DNA of 64,000 nucleotides from Camelus dromedarius (lineage: Eukaryota). This document shows, piece after piece, positions 24,048 through 36,477 of the stretch; within the stretch, counting starts at the first letter, position 1, and the number at the start of each line of letters is the position of its first letter. Below the pieces are notes generated by a model that worked only from the letters and a program-made list of their open reading frames with translations, was not told the origin of the DNA and made no database searches. The stretch lies in the NCBI RefSeq assembly GCF_036321535.1, contig NC_087436.1:22880001-22944000 (forward strand), read 5' to 3'. Both the position numbers and the translations under genes were made by a program.

Positions 24048-24404
24048 TTCTTTTACTTTTTTCTTTTTTTTTTCATGCAGCTCTTCCCAAGCAAATTTCT
24101 CCTAAGGTTTTATCAGTCATCAGAGACAGGAAAGAACGTTCCTTTAAGTTGTCAGACTACCATTCTAATATGAACTAGACACACAGTTCAGATTCCAGCA
24201 GAGTTTCTCTGTCAAGTTGGCGTTAAGCCTCCCTAAATTGTGATCATTCTGATAACATGCTTTTGTTGTCTCCAGGGAAGGAGAGGCAGAAATCAGGAGT
24301 GCTCAGATGACTTTCAGGACACAGGGTATATGCCCGTGGGACAGATGGCAGGACAGCTAATAGGCTGTGAAAGTCTACTGTGAGTCAGCTGCTTTATAGA
24401 CATT

Positions 24405-24592
24405 AACATATAGATCCTTGCAAGCCCCTGAAAAGTGGTTTTTGATGCCCTAGTTTATATATGAGTAAATGGAGGCTCAGAAAGTTTAAATAATTTGCCC
24501 ACAGTTTCCCAGTTAGTAAGTGGCAAAGTTGATATGCTGACATGTTCCTAAGGACCTTGGAACCCACTCTCCTTCCATTAAACCATGCTGTT
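24405..24592 (-). mobile_element. MIR SINE
   Basis: atgagtaaatggaggctcagaaagtttaaataatttgcccacagtttcccagttagtaagtggcaaag. Confidence 0.85.
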
Positions 24593-25239
24593 CCCCTCCG
24601 GGAAGGGCGCTGCACACCACTGCTGGGATTCACTGCGGGGAGCTTTGGATACCAGTCTGAGGAATTCAGAATTAACCCTGTAGGCATCTCCATTTTCCTG
24701 TTGATTAAAAAAAATACGTCTGTGAAGCAGTTGTCATTAAAGATCTAACTGCCATCATTACAGAGACATTCTTGTAGTCCAAGCTAATGAGTGTTAGATG
24801 AGGAACTTTTCTTTCAAGGTGTGGGGGAGGAGTCACTGACCCACAATAAGAAATTAATAAGCAAGGGACATGTGGAAGGAAAAATAGTGCATTGTGTGTG
24901 TCTCTCTTTTTTTTTTTAAAGAAACACAGAAAAGCTTGGCTGACTTTTAAATTAAGAGCAGAGACTCTAACGCAGCGTTTATTAGCTCCTGTCCCACTAG
25001 TATTTCAAAGCAGATGTAATTTCATAGTGTTGAAAGTTAAAAGGGATGGGGAAAAAGAGAAAGAGAGTTGGAAAGAAGAAATCAATTTTTAAGGTAGAAA
25101 GATAATTAACCTCTCAGAATAGGATGAAGGAGGGAGTAGGAAAATAGGGAGAGGGAGAGGTAGAGGTAAAAAAAAAGAGGCAGTAGAAAAAAATATGCAA
25201 TATAGAGAAAAGAGAGTAAAGGTTTCCAAAGCACAAACT

Positions 25240-25510
25240 CCTTAGTCATGACCTGTTCAGTTGGGATGTTGGCTTAGTGCTATTGTAGCAAAGGTGGTGG
25301 CTGTTTTATTTCAAATACACAGTGGTGGTTTATTTCTGCACTTGAAGACAGAGAACAATGTCAGCTGTGACCACCTGCTCTAGGTATCTCTCTTCAATAC
25401 CTGCAGGAGTTGCTCTGTGTTTCAGTGGGACATCAAAAGGAGTACACTGACATTAACTACGAACTATACACTGTGCACATCTGACCTAGTGGTTCGTTTA
25501 AGCATCTACC
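25240..25510 (+). mobile_element. Possible ancient tRNA-headed SINE (MamSINE1-like)
   Basis: gttcagttggg...agtgctattgtagcaaaggtggtgg loosely resembles a tRNA-derived SINE head; weak match. Confidence 0.3.
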
Positions 25511-25669
25511 TTTACTTACTAAACTGGGAAGTATACCTTAGTAAGCTGGTAGGTATATTTGTGTATAGCTCATCTGTAGTACCAATTAATTTAACGCCAA
25601 GACACTGCTTTTGTGTGTGTACGTGCACACACACCCCTCTACTAACTAAAGGCAAGCTGACCTTAACAA

Positions 25670-25980
25670 TGGTAATAACATTGAATAAAATTAAAATTAA
25701 GGCAAAAGCATCGACAGAGGTAAAGAGAAATACTATTTATTACTAACAGAAACAATTTACTAAGAAGATATAACAATCATGAATTTGTGCTGTACCAACA
25801 CTATAGATTCTAAATAAAGAAAATCCAGTGGACTCACTATAAAACCTTCAGAAATCTGCACTTAAAGATTTTAGCATAGCTTCATGAGAATTAAGTAGAT
25901 CAAGCAAAATAATTTGAAGGATATCGAAAATTTGACATATTTACTAAGTTCATAGAGAGCACAGACCCACTGGAGAAAAG
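25670..25980 (+). mobile_element. Old L1 ORF2 endonuclease fragment
   Basis: ttaaggcaaaagcat...aagaagatataacaatcatgaatttgtg (EDITIMNL-like). Confidence 0.6.
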
Positions 25981-26110
25981 AGCATATTTGGAAGAGTAGG
26001 ATGGAGAAGGCGAGAAGTGAGGAGACCCAGACTGGCTGGAGTTTTGAGAAGAAAAAAAGATTTGTGACAAATAGTTGTAATGAGTAATGGGCCTTTGGAG
26101 AGAAAGAGAT

Positions 26111-26512
26111 GGTATTAGTTTTCTAGAACTGTCATAACAAATTACCACAACTGGGTGGCTTAAAACAACAGAAATGTATTCTGAGTTATGGAGGCCAGAA
26201 GTCTGAAATCAAAGTGTCAGCAGGGCCGTGTTCCCTTGGAAGGCTCTTGGGGAGACTCTTTCCTTGCCCTTCCAACTTCTGGTAGTTCCAGGCATTCTTT
26301 GGCTTGGCTCCAATCCTTGTCTCTGTCTTCACATGACCTCCCCTATAATTGTGAGTCCCAGTTGTGCCTCTGCCTTTCTCTCAAAAGGACATTTGTCATA
26401 TCAAGATGATCATTAATTATATCTGCAAAGACCTTTTCCAAGCCAAGTTTCTAAGGTTCAAAGGGATAAGACTTGGACAATCTTTTTAGGAGCCACTGTT
26501 CAACCCACTACA
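26111..26512 (-). mobile_element. MLT1C-like MaLR solo LTR
   Basis: gtattagttttcta...acaaattaccacaactgggtggcttaaaacaacagaaat...ggaggccagaagtctgaaatcaa...ttcaacccactaca. Confidence 0.88.
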
Positions 26513-27574
26513 ATGTCAAAAGAGGATTTTTAAACATTTGGGGGGTTTTATAGTATAGTTGCCTCTTTGACACCTATCAGAATTTCAGTAACAATTCAGA
26601 TTTTTTTTAATTTGAGAATTGGGGTGGTTATTGTTTTTGTTATTTTGCTGATTTTGTGCTGGTTGCACTTTTATAACATCAGCATTTCCTTCCATATAAT
26701 GGATTTCATGTCACTATGAACTGCAATTTACTCATCTCTTATACAAACTACTTAAAAAAACCTGGTGCCTAGTGCTTCTTATGTCTTGGTGGAGTGAATA
26801 CATGATGAATGCGTGCATGAATGCGGGAAAATCTGGAAGTCGTGAGAGGAAAGTTTCTCCCTCACCCTAACTCCAGTGGGCATGCTGTGGAATGTTGTAA
26901 GAGGAGGGGAGCGTTTAAAAGGTCCTGAGAGAGTCTCACCTAAACGGCTCCATCTGTAGACTGGATTATGTGGCTCCAAGTCTCCTTCTAGCTCTAAGTC
27001 ACCTGGTTCTAGTTCATGTCCCTGGTCTTACTGACCATTGCTAGCAGGTATTGGTCTGTTGTTTCCCTAAGGTTTACATTTTTTTAATTTTATTTCCAAT
27101 GTTTGTCTTGCCAAGAGAAGTCAAGACGGCAGATGCTGTTAGAAGCCAGCCTTCCCTTCAGGAGCCCTGGGTCATACTCCCAAGTGCCCGACACATACCT
27201 GTTTCTCCCCCTAGCACAAGCTCAGTTCCACTTAGCCCCGTTTATACGTCAGTTTTCCTCTGTGCCTTACAGATGTGTTATTTATGTACCGCTACCCAAA
27301 TAACTCCCACAAGTACTTTTTGCGTAAATTAAATTTACATAACTAAAATAAAATGTAAACAAATTTGACAAATTTACTAAATAGCATTCTAACAAAAAGT
27401 AATGGATTATTTCTTATTGTAAATGTTTTCATTATGAAGTTTCTTGGTGACCATGAAGCTGTCCCTCCATGATCTAAGCCATTTTAGGATAATCTTTCAT
27501 ACATGCCTGGACAAAGTCTACTTGGCCAGGTAAGGTCTGGAGAAAGACATAAAAGAAGTATTTGGAGCAAGGAT

Positions 27575-27960
27575 TGTATTAGTCATCTAAGGCTGCTATA
27601 ACCATAACATTATAACCATAATACTATAGACTTAAACAGCAGAAGTTTCTCACACTTCTGGAAGCTGGAAAATCCAAGATCAAGGTTCTAGCAAGGTAGG
27701 TTTCACTCTAAGTCCTCTTCTTTTGGCTCGTAGACAGCTGCCTTCTTGCTGTGTCCTCACATGGTGGGGAGAGAGAGCTCTGGCATCTCTGCCTCCTCTT
27801 ATAAGGACACCTGCCCTGTCGGATTAGGGCCCCACCCTTGTGACCTCATTTAACCTTTGTCACCTCCTCATAGACCCTAGATAGGAGATCCAAATACAGT
27901 CATGTTGGGGATTAGAGCTTCACATATGAATTTTAGGAGGACACAACGCAGTCCATAACA
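27575..27960 (-). mobile_element. MLT1A-like MaLR solo LTR
   Basis: tgtattagtc...ccaagatcaagg...ttcttgctgtgtcctcacatgg...ggattagggccccaccctt...cagtccataaca; TG...CA ends; internal slippage duplication tataaccataa at 27597-27607 and 27611-27621. Confidence 0.9.
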
Positions 27961-28669
27961 GGGAGGAAATTAAAAGGAGGACCAAATGTGACAAGCAAAG
28001 GATATGCATGATGATGGGAAGGAGGACAGTGCCGAAGGGGAGGCCTGGGATGAAGGGCGGGGTGTGAACGGAGGCAGTCAGGGAACTGCAGAAAGATGTA
28101 GATGCCCGGTAAATCTGGAGTGTTTCGCCCTCTTGTTTCTAAAATCTTTCTCTTCATAGAGCAATTCTGTTTTGTCCTTTTAACTGTCCCCTTTATTCAG
28201 ATGATGTATAGATCTCAACACATCTTTTCCCTTAGGTTTTTAGCCCTGTCTTTCAGACTGCTTGTACTGTCCTCCTGGGTGCTCTACGTTGCTTCATATG
28301 TCTTGAGTCTGAAACACAAGCTGTCTGTCTTCCACTTCTGGTGCCTGGCTGTCCTTTCTGTTTGTCCTGCTTGCAAATGGCCCCTGGGAAAAGTGTGCAA
28401 CTCCCCTCACCCCTTTGTCTTTCACACTCCATTAGCATCAAAACTCACTGACACTTCCAATGAAACATCTCTCCCCTCCTCTTTCATTCTCTTCTACTAA
28501 AATTAGATCAGGCCAATGTAACAATTTTTTAAATGATTTTTCCTCTTACTTATCCTCTCTCATGTCTTAAGCTCTTAATTACCAAATCACTCTGTATGAA
28601 AATCTCCCCTGATTTCCCGTACACCTCTTAGCCTGGTCATATGAGTTCTAATGCTTGTCTCACAATAGA

Positions 28670-29249
28670 TATCTGTTCCAGTTACTTTTTCTGTATAACC
28701 AGTCACCCCAGCACTTAGGTGGCATAAAACAACCATTTTTATGCTCACAGATTCTGCGGGTCAGGAATCTGGACAGAGCCCAGAGGCAGCAGCTTATCTC
28801 TGATCCCCAGTGTCTGGGCTCTCAGCTGAGAAGACTTAAAAGTTGGGGTGACTTGATGGCAGGGGCAGTGTGGCAGCATCGTTACTCAATGTGTCCGGTG
28901 GTTGATGCTGACTCTCTTTGGAGATCTTACCAGAGGTGACCTACATATGGCTTCTGCATGTAGTCTGTCCACCTAGACTAGTTTGGATTCCCTTAAAGCA
29001 TGGCGGCAGGCCCCAGGAATGAACATCACAAGAGGGCAAGGCATGTTCGTGATCGAGCCTTGAAAGTTGCAGAGCTGTTATGAGTACTCAATTGGTAAAA
29101 AGACTTTAAAAGTTCTGCCCAGCTGGGTTCAAGGAGAAGAGCCATAGACCTCATCTCTCCATGGGAGGAGTGTCAGGGTGGCATCATGAGAAGAATCCAT
29201 GAGATGGGAGATATTATGATGGCAAATTTGCAAAATATGGTCTTCCACG
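28670..29249 (-). mobile_element. MLT1H-like MaLR solo LTR
   Basis: ttatgctcacagattctgcgggtcaggaat...ctcagctgagaagact...ggttcaaggagaagag...gacctcatctctccatgggaggagtgtca. Confidence 0.8.
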
Positions 29250-30610
29250 TTGTCCAATCCACATTTTTCCCAAATGAATCTTTATTTCAACCAGTCAGTC
29301 TTTTCACCTCTCTGGTCTTCAAGCTTATTCCTAATCTTCACTCTAGTTCATGCTATGTCTATACTAGAATTTTCCAGACCCGCTTCTCTGTTGATCAGAA
29401 GCCCAAGCATCCTTTAGTACCAACTCAACCCTCAGACTGCCAAGAATGGACTTGGTGAGAAATGTGAAAGTACTTCTGTTATTTTTAAGTCCATTTCTTT
29501 TCCATAGTTGGCAAATTTAAGAGAGTTACAGTTAAAATAGACGCTGGGATTATTTTCAAAATGCCACATCTCTGGTATTTAGCTTTGTGTTTGCTCTGCA
29601 AGTTCCCTTTTTTAGTGGATACAACCCTTTATTTGGTGTGGTTTCCTGGAAAAAAGTTAAATCTGGATATTCCTTGTCTTTCGGATGTGTAGCTTGAACA
29701 GATGTTTCAGATATATAGCATTACTACAAAGCCTGAGGAGTGATAACACTCTTTTCAACTATTTAGGAGAAAGTGATTGTAACTTCAGGTCATAGAAACA
29801 ATTACCTGCTAAGCTGAAATCATTAAAATGGTAAATATGAAGGAGCGCTGAGCTGTCATTTTTTTTTTTTGTCATGTGTTTCTGACTTGTGCCTAAGAAT
29901 GAATTGCGTGCATTTATTTGACAATGCATTCTACGTAAATTTAAATAATGATTCAAATTAGGGGTGGTCTGATCCATATCACATTATACTACTTTATTCA
30001 GAGATGGAAATCAGGTATATGTGTGCAAGGGTTGGGATGGGGCACTTACAAAGTCTGTTAACTTAATTTTCCATTATACTTCCAAAGAGCATATATTTAA
30101 TCTTTGCTCAGTATTCATTGATGCATTTTTTTTTTTGGCACTTTAGTCAGCTGCCTTTATAGCTTTTATAAATGCCTAGAAAGGTATCAGTCATGTGAGG
30201 GATTTGTACTACGCATCTTTGTGCATCTGGATGTGAGTTGTGTGTACACATTCTGTCACACTGGCAGAAAGGACTCCATAACCAACTTTGTGTCCATTCT
30301 TAGTGTTTCTATGTCTTTGGACAAAAAAGAAGGGAAATGGAAATATCTAACAGGGATCTCCTCCTGAGACATGGCTTTCCTGCTGATCTGGATCCTCATT
30401 GTACTCTTTTATAAGGCTATGTCTTAGTTCGGTTCAGCACCTCCTGTAACTTCAGCTTTGTAACTTCCAGGCAAGGCAGAACCAAAATTCCTCACTGAGA
30501 CCAACACCACTAATGTGTAAATCAAACCTGTTAGTAGTTTTAAGCCAGAGTGGAAAAGGAAGAGGAGTAAGGGAAGAAAAGATTTTGTTTAGGATCAAGA
30601 TTGTGACCAG

Positions 30611-31130
30611 ACTGGATAAAGAAGTCGTGGTATATTTATACAATGGAATACTACTTAGCCATAAAAAATAATAAAATAATGCCATTTGCAGCAACATGGA
30701 TGGACCTAGAGATTGTCATTTTAAGTGAAGTAAGCCAGAAAGAGAAAGAAAAATATCATAGGATATCACTTACATGTGGAATCTTAAAAAAAAAAAGTGA
30801 ATGAACTTATTTACAAAACAGAAACAGACTCACAGACATAGAAAACAAACTTATGGTTACTGAGAGGGTAGGGAGAGGAAAGGGATAAATTGGGAGTTTG
30901 AGATTTGCAGATATGAACTACTATATATAAAATAGATAAACAACAAGTTCATACTGTATAGCACAGGGAACTATATTTAATATCTTGTAACTTACGGTGA
31001 GGAAGAATATGAAAACGAATATATGTATATTCATGTACGACAAGCATTGTGCTGTACACTAGAAATTGACACAACTTTGTAAAACTGACTATACCTCTCT
31101 CTCTATATATATATATTTTTTTTTTTTTTT
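30611..31130 (+). mobile_element. 5'-truncated younger L1 (ORF2 C-terminus plus 3' UTR) with TSD
   Basis: atgccatttgcagcaacatggatggacctagag (MPFAATWMDLE); TSD agattgtgaccag 30598-30610 / aaattgtggccag 31131-31143. Confidence 0.95.
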
Positions 31131-33481
31131 AAATTGTGGCCAGGAGCACAAGGCATTTTCAGAGAGTCATCTGATTGGTTTTGTGAGTGTGGTTATTGAT
31201 AATGTTTTTCCTGCTTATGGTAGAAAGTCAGTATCTAAGGATCTCATTTCCTGGTATATAAACTCAACAGAACTGGTTATTTCTCTCTGCTTTTTGGGTT
31301 GTTGAGAAACTACCCTATGGTGGCGGGGGTTGGGTAATGCCATTATCAGACTCACTATCTTTAATGAACCATTCTGTCAGCTTCATCAGGAGTGTGCCTT
31401 TTACTCAGTGTCTTAGAAGTCAGTAAACAGGGTAAGCTTATCTTTAGAGCATATGATAAGTATCTATAGAGGGTCTGAAAGTTTGTTAACGCAAGAAAAA
31501 CAATGTATTGGTGTGTGTTTTTTGTTTTCTGTTTTTGTCAGATTCACTAGTGTACCCATTGCTTTCATGTAGAGGTCCTTCACCTGAATTTAAAGAAAAC
31601 CATACCAAATGTGATATATGCAAACGTACTTAACATACTAAAAAATAAGTTTGTCCTGTTTCTTGACTTTGCAGACTCCTGGCTCTATTAGGCACTTTTT
31701 TTTTTTTCTTCCTGGACTGAGTTAGAAAGGTAGGAAGTCAGGCTCAGGAGCACAAGAAAAACTGCCCCAAAGTCATTTCAGGACACGAAGACCAAAACAA
31801 TTAGAAAATGTTATAAAACCCAGTAATGGTGCCTGTGACTGTTGACCAGGAATTGAATGGGATCCCTCAGCTACCCTGGGCACTAGGGTCAAGGTTATGT
31901 GGTTTCCAGGAAACGTGGCCGGTACTGTGTACAGCAGAACAGCAGTGGCATCAGAAGCACTATTTAATCCCTCAATTATTATGCACATTGCTTTTGGGCT
32001 TTAAAAAAAAAAAAAACCTTCCGGGAATATGGTCACTACTATGTGTAGCTTACTCTGGATTATTTTAGTCTCTTTTCTCTGAAGAGCTCAGAACAGCAGA
32101 GGAACTCAGAGCTGAAATCGGCGTGCGGCAGGGGTGCCCCAAGCCCGTGCGTTGGGTCTGAGCAACTAATCTAAGTGGCAGAGCTGAAGCATTCTTTTGA
32201 GAAGCAAAGGGCATTTGGTTTCTTTGGTACAAACACATAATTATACTTTGACAGTGAAACAGTGTTGAATGCAGAGTGACCACAGAGTTCGGAGAACTCT
32301 GGGGCACAAGTGGAACAGTTGACAGTTTTGAAAATTAAACAGAATTCTCCAAAGGGAGTAGAAATCTAAAAACCAAAAGCTTTTCAATTCCATTGACACT
32401 GAGTGGGGGCCATTTACAGACACCAGTGAAGGCATCAGTTTAAGTGGTTCTTTAAACTGCCATGAAAATTCCTGTCTCTGAAGAAATAATTGGTTTTAAA
32501 AAAGTATCAATTTTCTCTCTAAATATAGGTAGATTCTCTCTCTCTCTCTATCTTTCTCTTGCACACACACATGAAAGAACAAATCAGTTATTATTTTGTT
32601 CTAAAAAATCTTGAACCTCACAGACTGTTACTTTATCTTTGCTTATTTTTCTACATTATGCTTTTAGGTGGTACTCGGGTTTTTTTCTCCCCAACAAATT
32701 TTGGAAGATAAAAATTCAACTCCTTTAGTAGAGAAATTTCATAAATCTAAAACTCCTAAATATGGAACACACAGAATCCCTCCCATGCTAAGATATGGTT
32801 GACAACGCTGTTTTCTTATCTCTGTCCAATGCAAGCAAACGGCCTTTAGGTTCTTCCATTTGGGGTAGCGTGGGTTTCCTTTCATCTCATTTATTTCCTG
32901 CTGTCTGTCAGTAGGTGTAAGAAGCCCTCCTCTGCGATGTCTTTGCTTGGGGTGAGCTGCTTGGCAGATGAAGTTAAGGGAGCTCAGAGAAGACACAGGA
33001 AGAAAGTAGAGAAAATTTACCCAGCTCAAAGTAACAGCTCAGCTAACATCTACATGGCATTTTTTTTAGTGACTGATAGGATAGAGCCATTTGTAAAGTA
33101 AGATGGAATCCCGCACATCCTGACATGTCCTTAGCCTGGCCTGCCTTTCTAGAATTTGATCACTGAAGCTGTGCCAGTAGTAACGGCTGCTTGCACCTGA
33201 CGCTGTTTGCTCCCTCAGGGCTGACTGTCGTGAAGGCTGTAGACAGAGTAGTGGAGGAGCTGGATGGTTGTGACTCAAGAGTTGTGTTGGGAGCACTGTG
33301 ACTCAGGATGGCCACCTACCCAGGGGTGATCTTTTAGAAATCTTTGCTGCTCCTCAGTGGTGACAACCACGCTGAACTCACGGTTGTCATTGTTGAGGTC
33401 ACTAGACCCAGAGCCACAGGAGCAGATCCCTTTTGGTAATCAGACTTCTCACGTGTAGGCCGGGGCCTGTTCCACCTGGGG

Positions 33482-33500
33482 CAGCGCCCCCTGCTGTCCG
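33482..33500 (-). promoter_or_regulatory. CTCF binding motif
   Basis: Minus strand CGGACAGCAGGGGGCGCTG compared with consensus TGGCCASYAGRKGGCRSYR; the core CAGCAGGGGGCGCT is a perfect match; locally CpG-richer context. Confidence 0.65.
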
Positions 33501-33779
33501 AGAGATCCCTGGTGACTCCCTGTCACAGCTGCCCTGTACCTTCACTGGCTCCCTTCCCCTAGGGCGCACGCGTGGCCCCAGCCTCCTAGTAGCGCTTATC
33601 ACCATCAGCCTGTCTGGGGGACTAATTCTAAAGCCCTCCGCAGAGCTAAGCTTATAATGTAACAGCTGACACATTGTCCCCTTGCCCTGTCTCACACAAA
33701 GATGATTCGTCTAGAGGGAGAAAAGGGGGAAAAGATGCAATTTCAGATTAGCTGACATTTCACAGAATACAATTTTTCC

Positions 33780-34150
33780 TGGGAGATGTTGTGAAAAGAG
33801 GACATACTTGAGATAAGTAAGGAATATAGAATGAAGCTAATTAAGAAATTAGAAGGTACATTTTAAACTGTTATAGTGACACATTTTGACAATGAGAAAA
33901 GAAGATTAAATTGATAATGGCAGCTAGTCCTGGATTGGGTGAAGATAGCAAAGTAGCCAGAATCCAGGTAGACGATTTCAAATTTGGTGAAGAACTGCGT
34001 TTTGTTTTATACTTGTCTTTTGCAGCAAAAACAAAAGTAATAAACTGGTTGGGAATTAGTAATAGAGGGAGAAGGGAAAGGACAGATTTCAGAGATTACT
34101 GAAAGAAGAGGCAGTGGGATTTCATGACAGATTACGGAGAGATTTAATGT
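33780..34150 (-). mobile_element. L2 fragment
   Basis: Purine-rich antisense L2-like segment, e.g. gggagaagggaaaggacagatttcagagattactg...gggatttcatgacagatt. Confidence 0.45.
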
Positions 34151-34349
34151 GCCACTGTAGGTTAATCTTCCTGTTACAGCCCACTAATCTGGCCTCACTG
34201 GGAAGAGGTGTTTTTCAAGGCAGAACACTTTTTCATTTTCTGTTTAAGATATTACTGAAATACAAATAGGTCTTTTTAAATAAGGAACATTTTTTCAAGG
34301 TTCCTGTATAACATATGCTGGCTGTTTGAGAGGAGTGACTGTCTTAAAA

Positions 34350-34550
34350 TTTTAAACAATGTATATTGAGACCTGACTGTGGTTTAAGTGCCTTATTTCA
34401 TTTAATCATCTCATCAATGTTATGAACTCAGTACTACATTTATTGCCATTTACTTAAAAGGGAGCTGAACCTCGGGGAGGTTAGCAGTTTGCCCGAAGTC
34501 TCGCAGGCTTTGTGGTTCAGAGCCTCCAGTTCTGGCTACTGCCATACGGC
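34350..34550 (-). mobile_element. MIR SINE
   Basis: ttatttcatttaatcatctca...gggaggttagcagtttgcccgaagtc. Confidence 0.7.
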
Positions 34551-34589
34551 GGCAGGATTCTGGCTAAATGCGAGGCGTTAGATCTGTGT

Positions 34590-34700
34590 ATGACATTCTG
34601 TTAGGAGGCCCCATTTACAGCTGAGGAAACCGAGGCTCAGAGGACATGAAGCTAAAACGTGGCAGAATTTAAAGTCACATCCGTCTCGCCCCCCAGATCT
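34590..34700 (-). mobile_element. MIR core fragment
   Basis: ccccatttacagctgaggaaaccgaggctcagag. Confidence 0.75.
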
Positions 34701-34744
34701 TTCTCTTCCCGCCTCTGTGCGTGTTCAGGAGATGTTGCCCTGGT

Positions 34745-35008
34745 AACAGCAGCTACGTGCGCTTTTGCAGTACTTGGTGTGTGCCAGGCACTGCTCTAAG
34801 CACTTTACCTATTTTAATTTTTTTTGAAAAAACAATGATCTTGCATGATAAGTACTCTTATTGATGGTCCCTATTCTTCAAATGAGGAAACTGAAGCTCG
34901 GAGACGTTAAGTGACTTGCCCAAGCTCACGTGACTATTAAATGATGGAGCTGGAATTTGGGCCCAGGTGGTCTGACTCCGGCGGTAACTGGTCACTATAC
35001 ACTCTCCT
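34745..35008 (-). mobile_element. Near full-length MIR
   Basis: gtgtgccaggcactgctctaagcacttta...aatgaggaaactgaagctcggagacgttaagtgacttgcccaagctcac...gagctggaatttgggcccagg...tctgactcc. Confidence 0.9.
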
Positions 35009-35118
35009 CAAAGGAAGAAAAAGAAAAGAGAAAATAAGACAGGCAAAAGATCAAAGTAGCCTTTTTGCTTTCTTAGGAGTTTTATTGGCCTAGAATTTTC
35101 CAGAATAAAGCAAGGCTT

Positions 35119-35220
35119 GTTATTATTATTATTTTTTTTTTTTGATGGAGGTACTGGAGATTGAATCCAGGACCTTGTGCATGCTAAGCATGTGCTCTAC
35201 CACTGAGCTATACCCTCCCC
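35119..35220 (-). mobile_element. tRNA-Ala-derived SINE (camelid Vic-1-like)
   Basis: Minus strand GGGGAGGGTATAGCTCAGTGGTAGAGCACATGCTTAGCATGCACAAGGTCCTGGATTCAATCTCCAGTACCTCCA followed by an A-run and (AAT)n tail; TSD a(g/c)caaggctt at 35109-35118 and 35221-35230. Confidence 0.88.
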
Positions 35221-36477
35221 ACCAAGGCTTAATTTTCAGATCATTGAAAATAGGATAGGATGTGTTGAATGCAAGTAGCTGGGGTTGGGGAGAGCAGAAA
35301 GCCAACATTTTTAGCCAAGTATCGACCACTCCGAACAGTGTCCACACTAAGATTGCATCACAGCAGCTAAATACTCCTTGTCACGTTTTACAACAAATTA
35401 GACACATCAATTAACAAATTGTCTCTATTAGATCCTGACAGAACAGATAAAGATGATGAAACAAGGCAGGTCTTCATTAAATAGCACTATCTAAGCCTAT
35501 GCCATCACTGCGAATTGTGCAGAGATATTTTGCATTTGAAATGGAAGAGCCTTTTTAGAATCTTTCATCTTAAACGTTTTTAAAAACTATTTATAGACAC
35601 AGTCTCCGATCTTGAAAGCATGCCTGGCAATAGTTTAATATGGGACAAAGTGAAATTGTTTCCCTTGCAAAGCAGTGAAGCTTATAAAATGTAGGTCCTC
35701 CCCTCCAGTGTACCTTTTCAGAAATCCTGCAGGGTCTTCTAAGATTTTAACTTCTGTGGTTTCGGAGAGCCTGTTCCCTTATTCATTGAAGTCCATGTTG
35801 GCTGAGGACAACCCTGTCTGGCTTCACCAGTTACCCACTGACCCAGTACAGGCATCTTACACTAGTGTTGAGTCTTACTTTGGACCAGGATAAATTCTCA
35901 GAGCACTGAAGTATGCCATTTGTGTGGCTGTCTCAGTTTCAGAGCGTGATTACACTTTATAAAAAATTGTTGTGCTTCCCTTGGGACACTTAGGTTTCAA
36001 GGGAAAGAAAAAGATGCATTTTTTTCCCCCGACCAAAACCTTAGAGATTGAGGCAGGAATTGGCTGCCGGGATTTTGTTTTAAAGCTGCTTCAAGAAAAA
36101 TCAAAGCCTCCATCATTTAGGTTAGAGAAACAGCTTAACCTCAGTGGTTAGAGAAGTGAGCAGCGCAAAGCCCCAGGCAGAGGGGCCGGGTCTCCAGCCT
36201 CAGAGGGTGGCCGGCAGGTCCTTCTGCAGCAGGACGCAAAGCCAATGTGAGCAGGACACCTGCAAGCCCAGATCCTGACACGCGGTGAGAACACCAGCCT
36301 GGCCAGTCACACTTAACCAGGGAGGGGAAACTTAAGGAGGAGAAGACTAGAATCTTCCCCAAGTTGTTCACTAACCATTGGTGGAATTTAATCTTTATAG
36401 TATCTGTTCTTGCTTCCACAGCCAGGAACAACCCCCCTCCTCTTTTTGCTGTGGTTTTTAAAAGGCATTTCTGACAT

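Noticed and set aside
35146..35220. Functional tRNA-Ala gene
   Set aside because: Extra 5' bases, a mutated B-box, an A-rich tail and a flanking TSD indicate a SINE retrocopy
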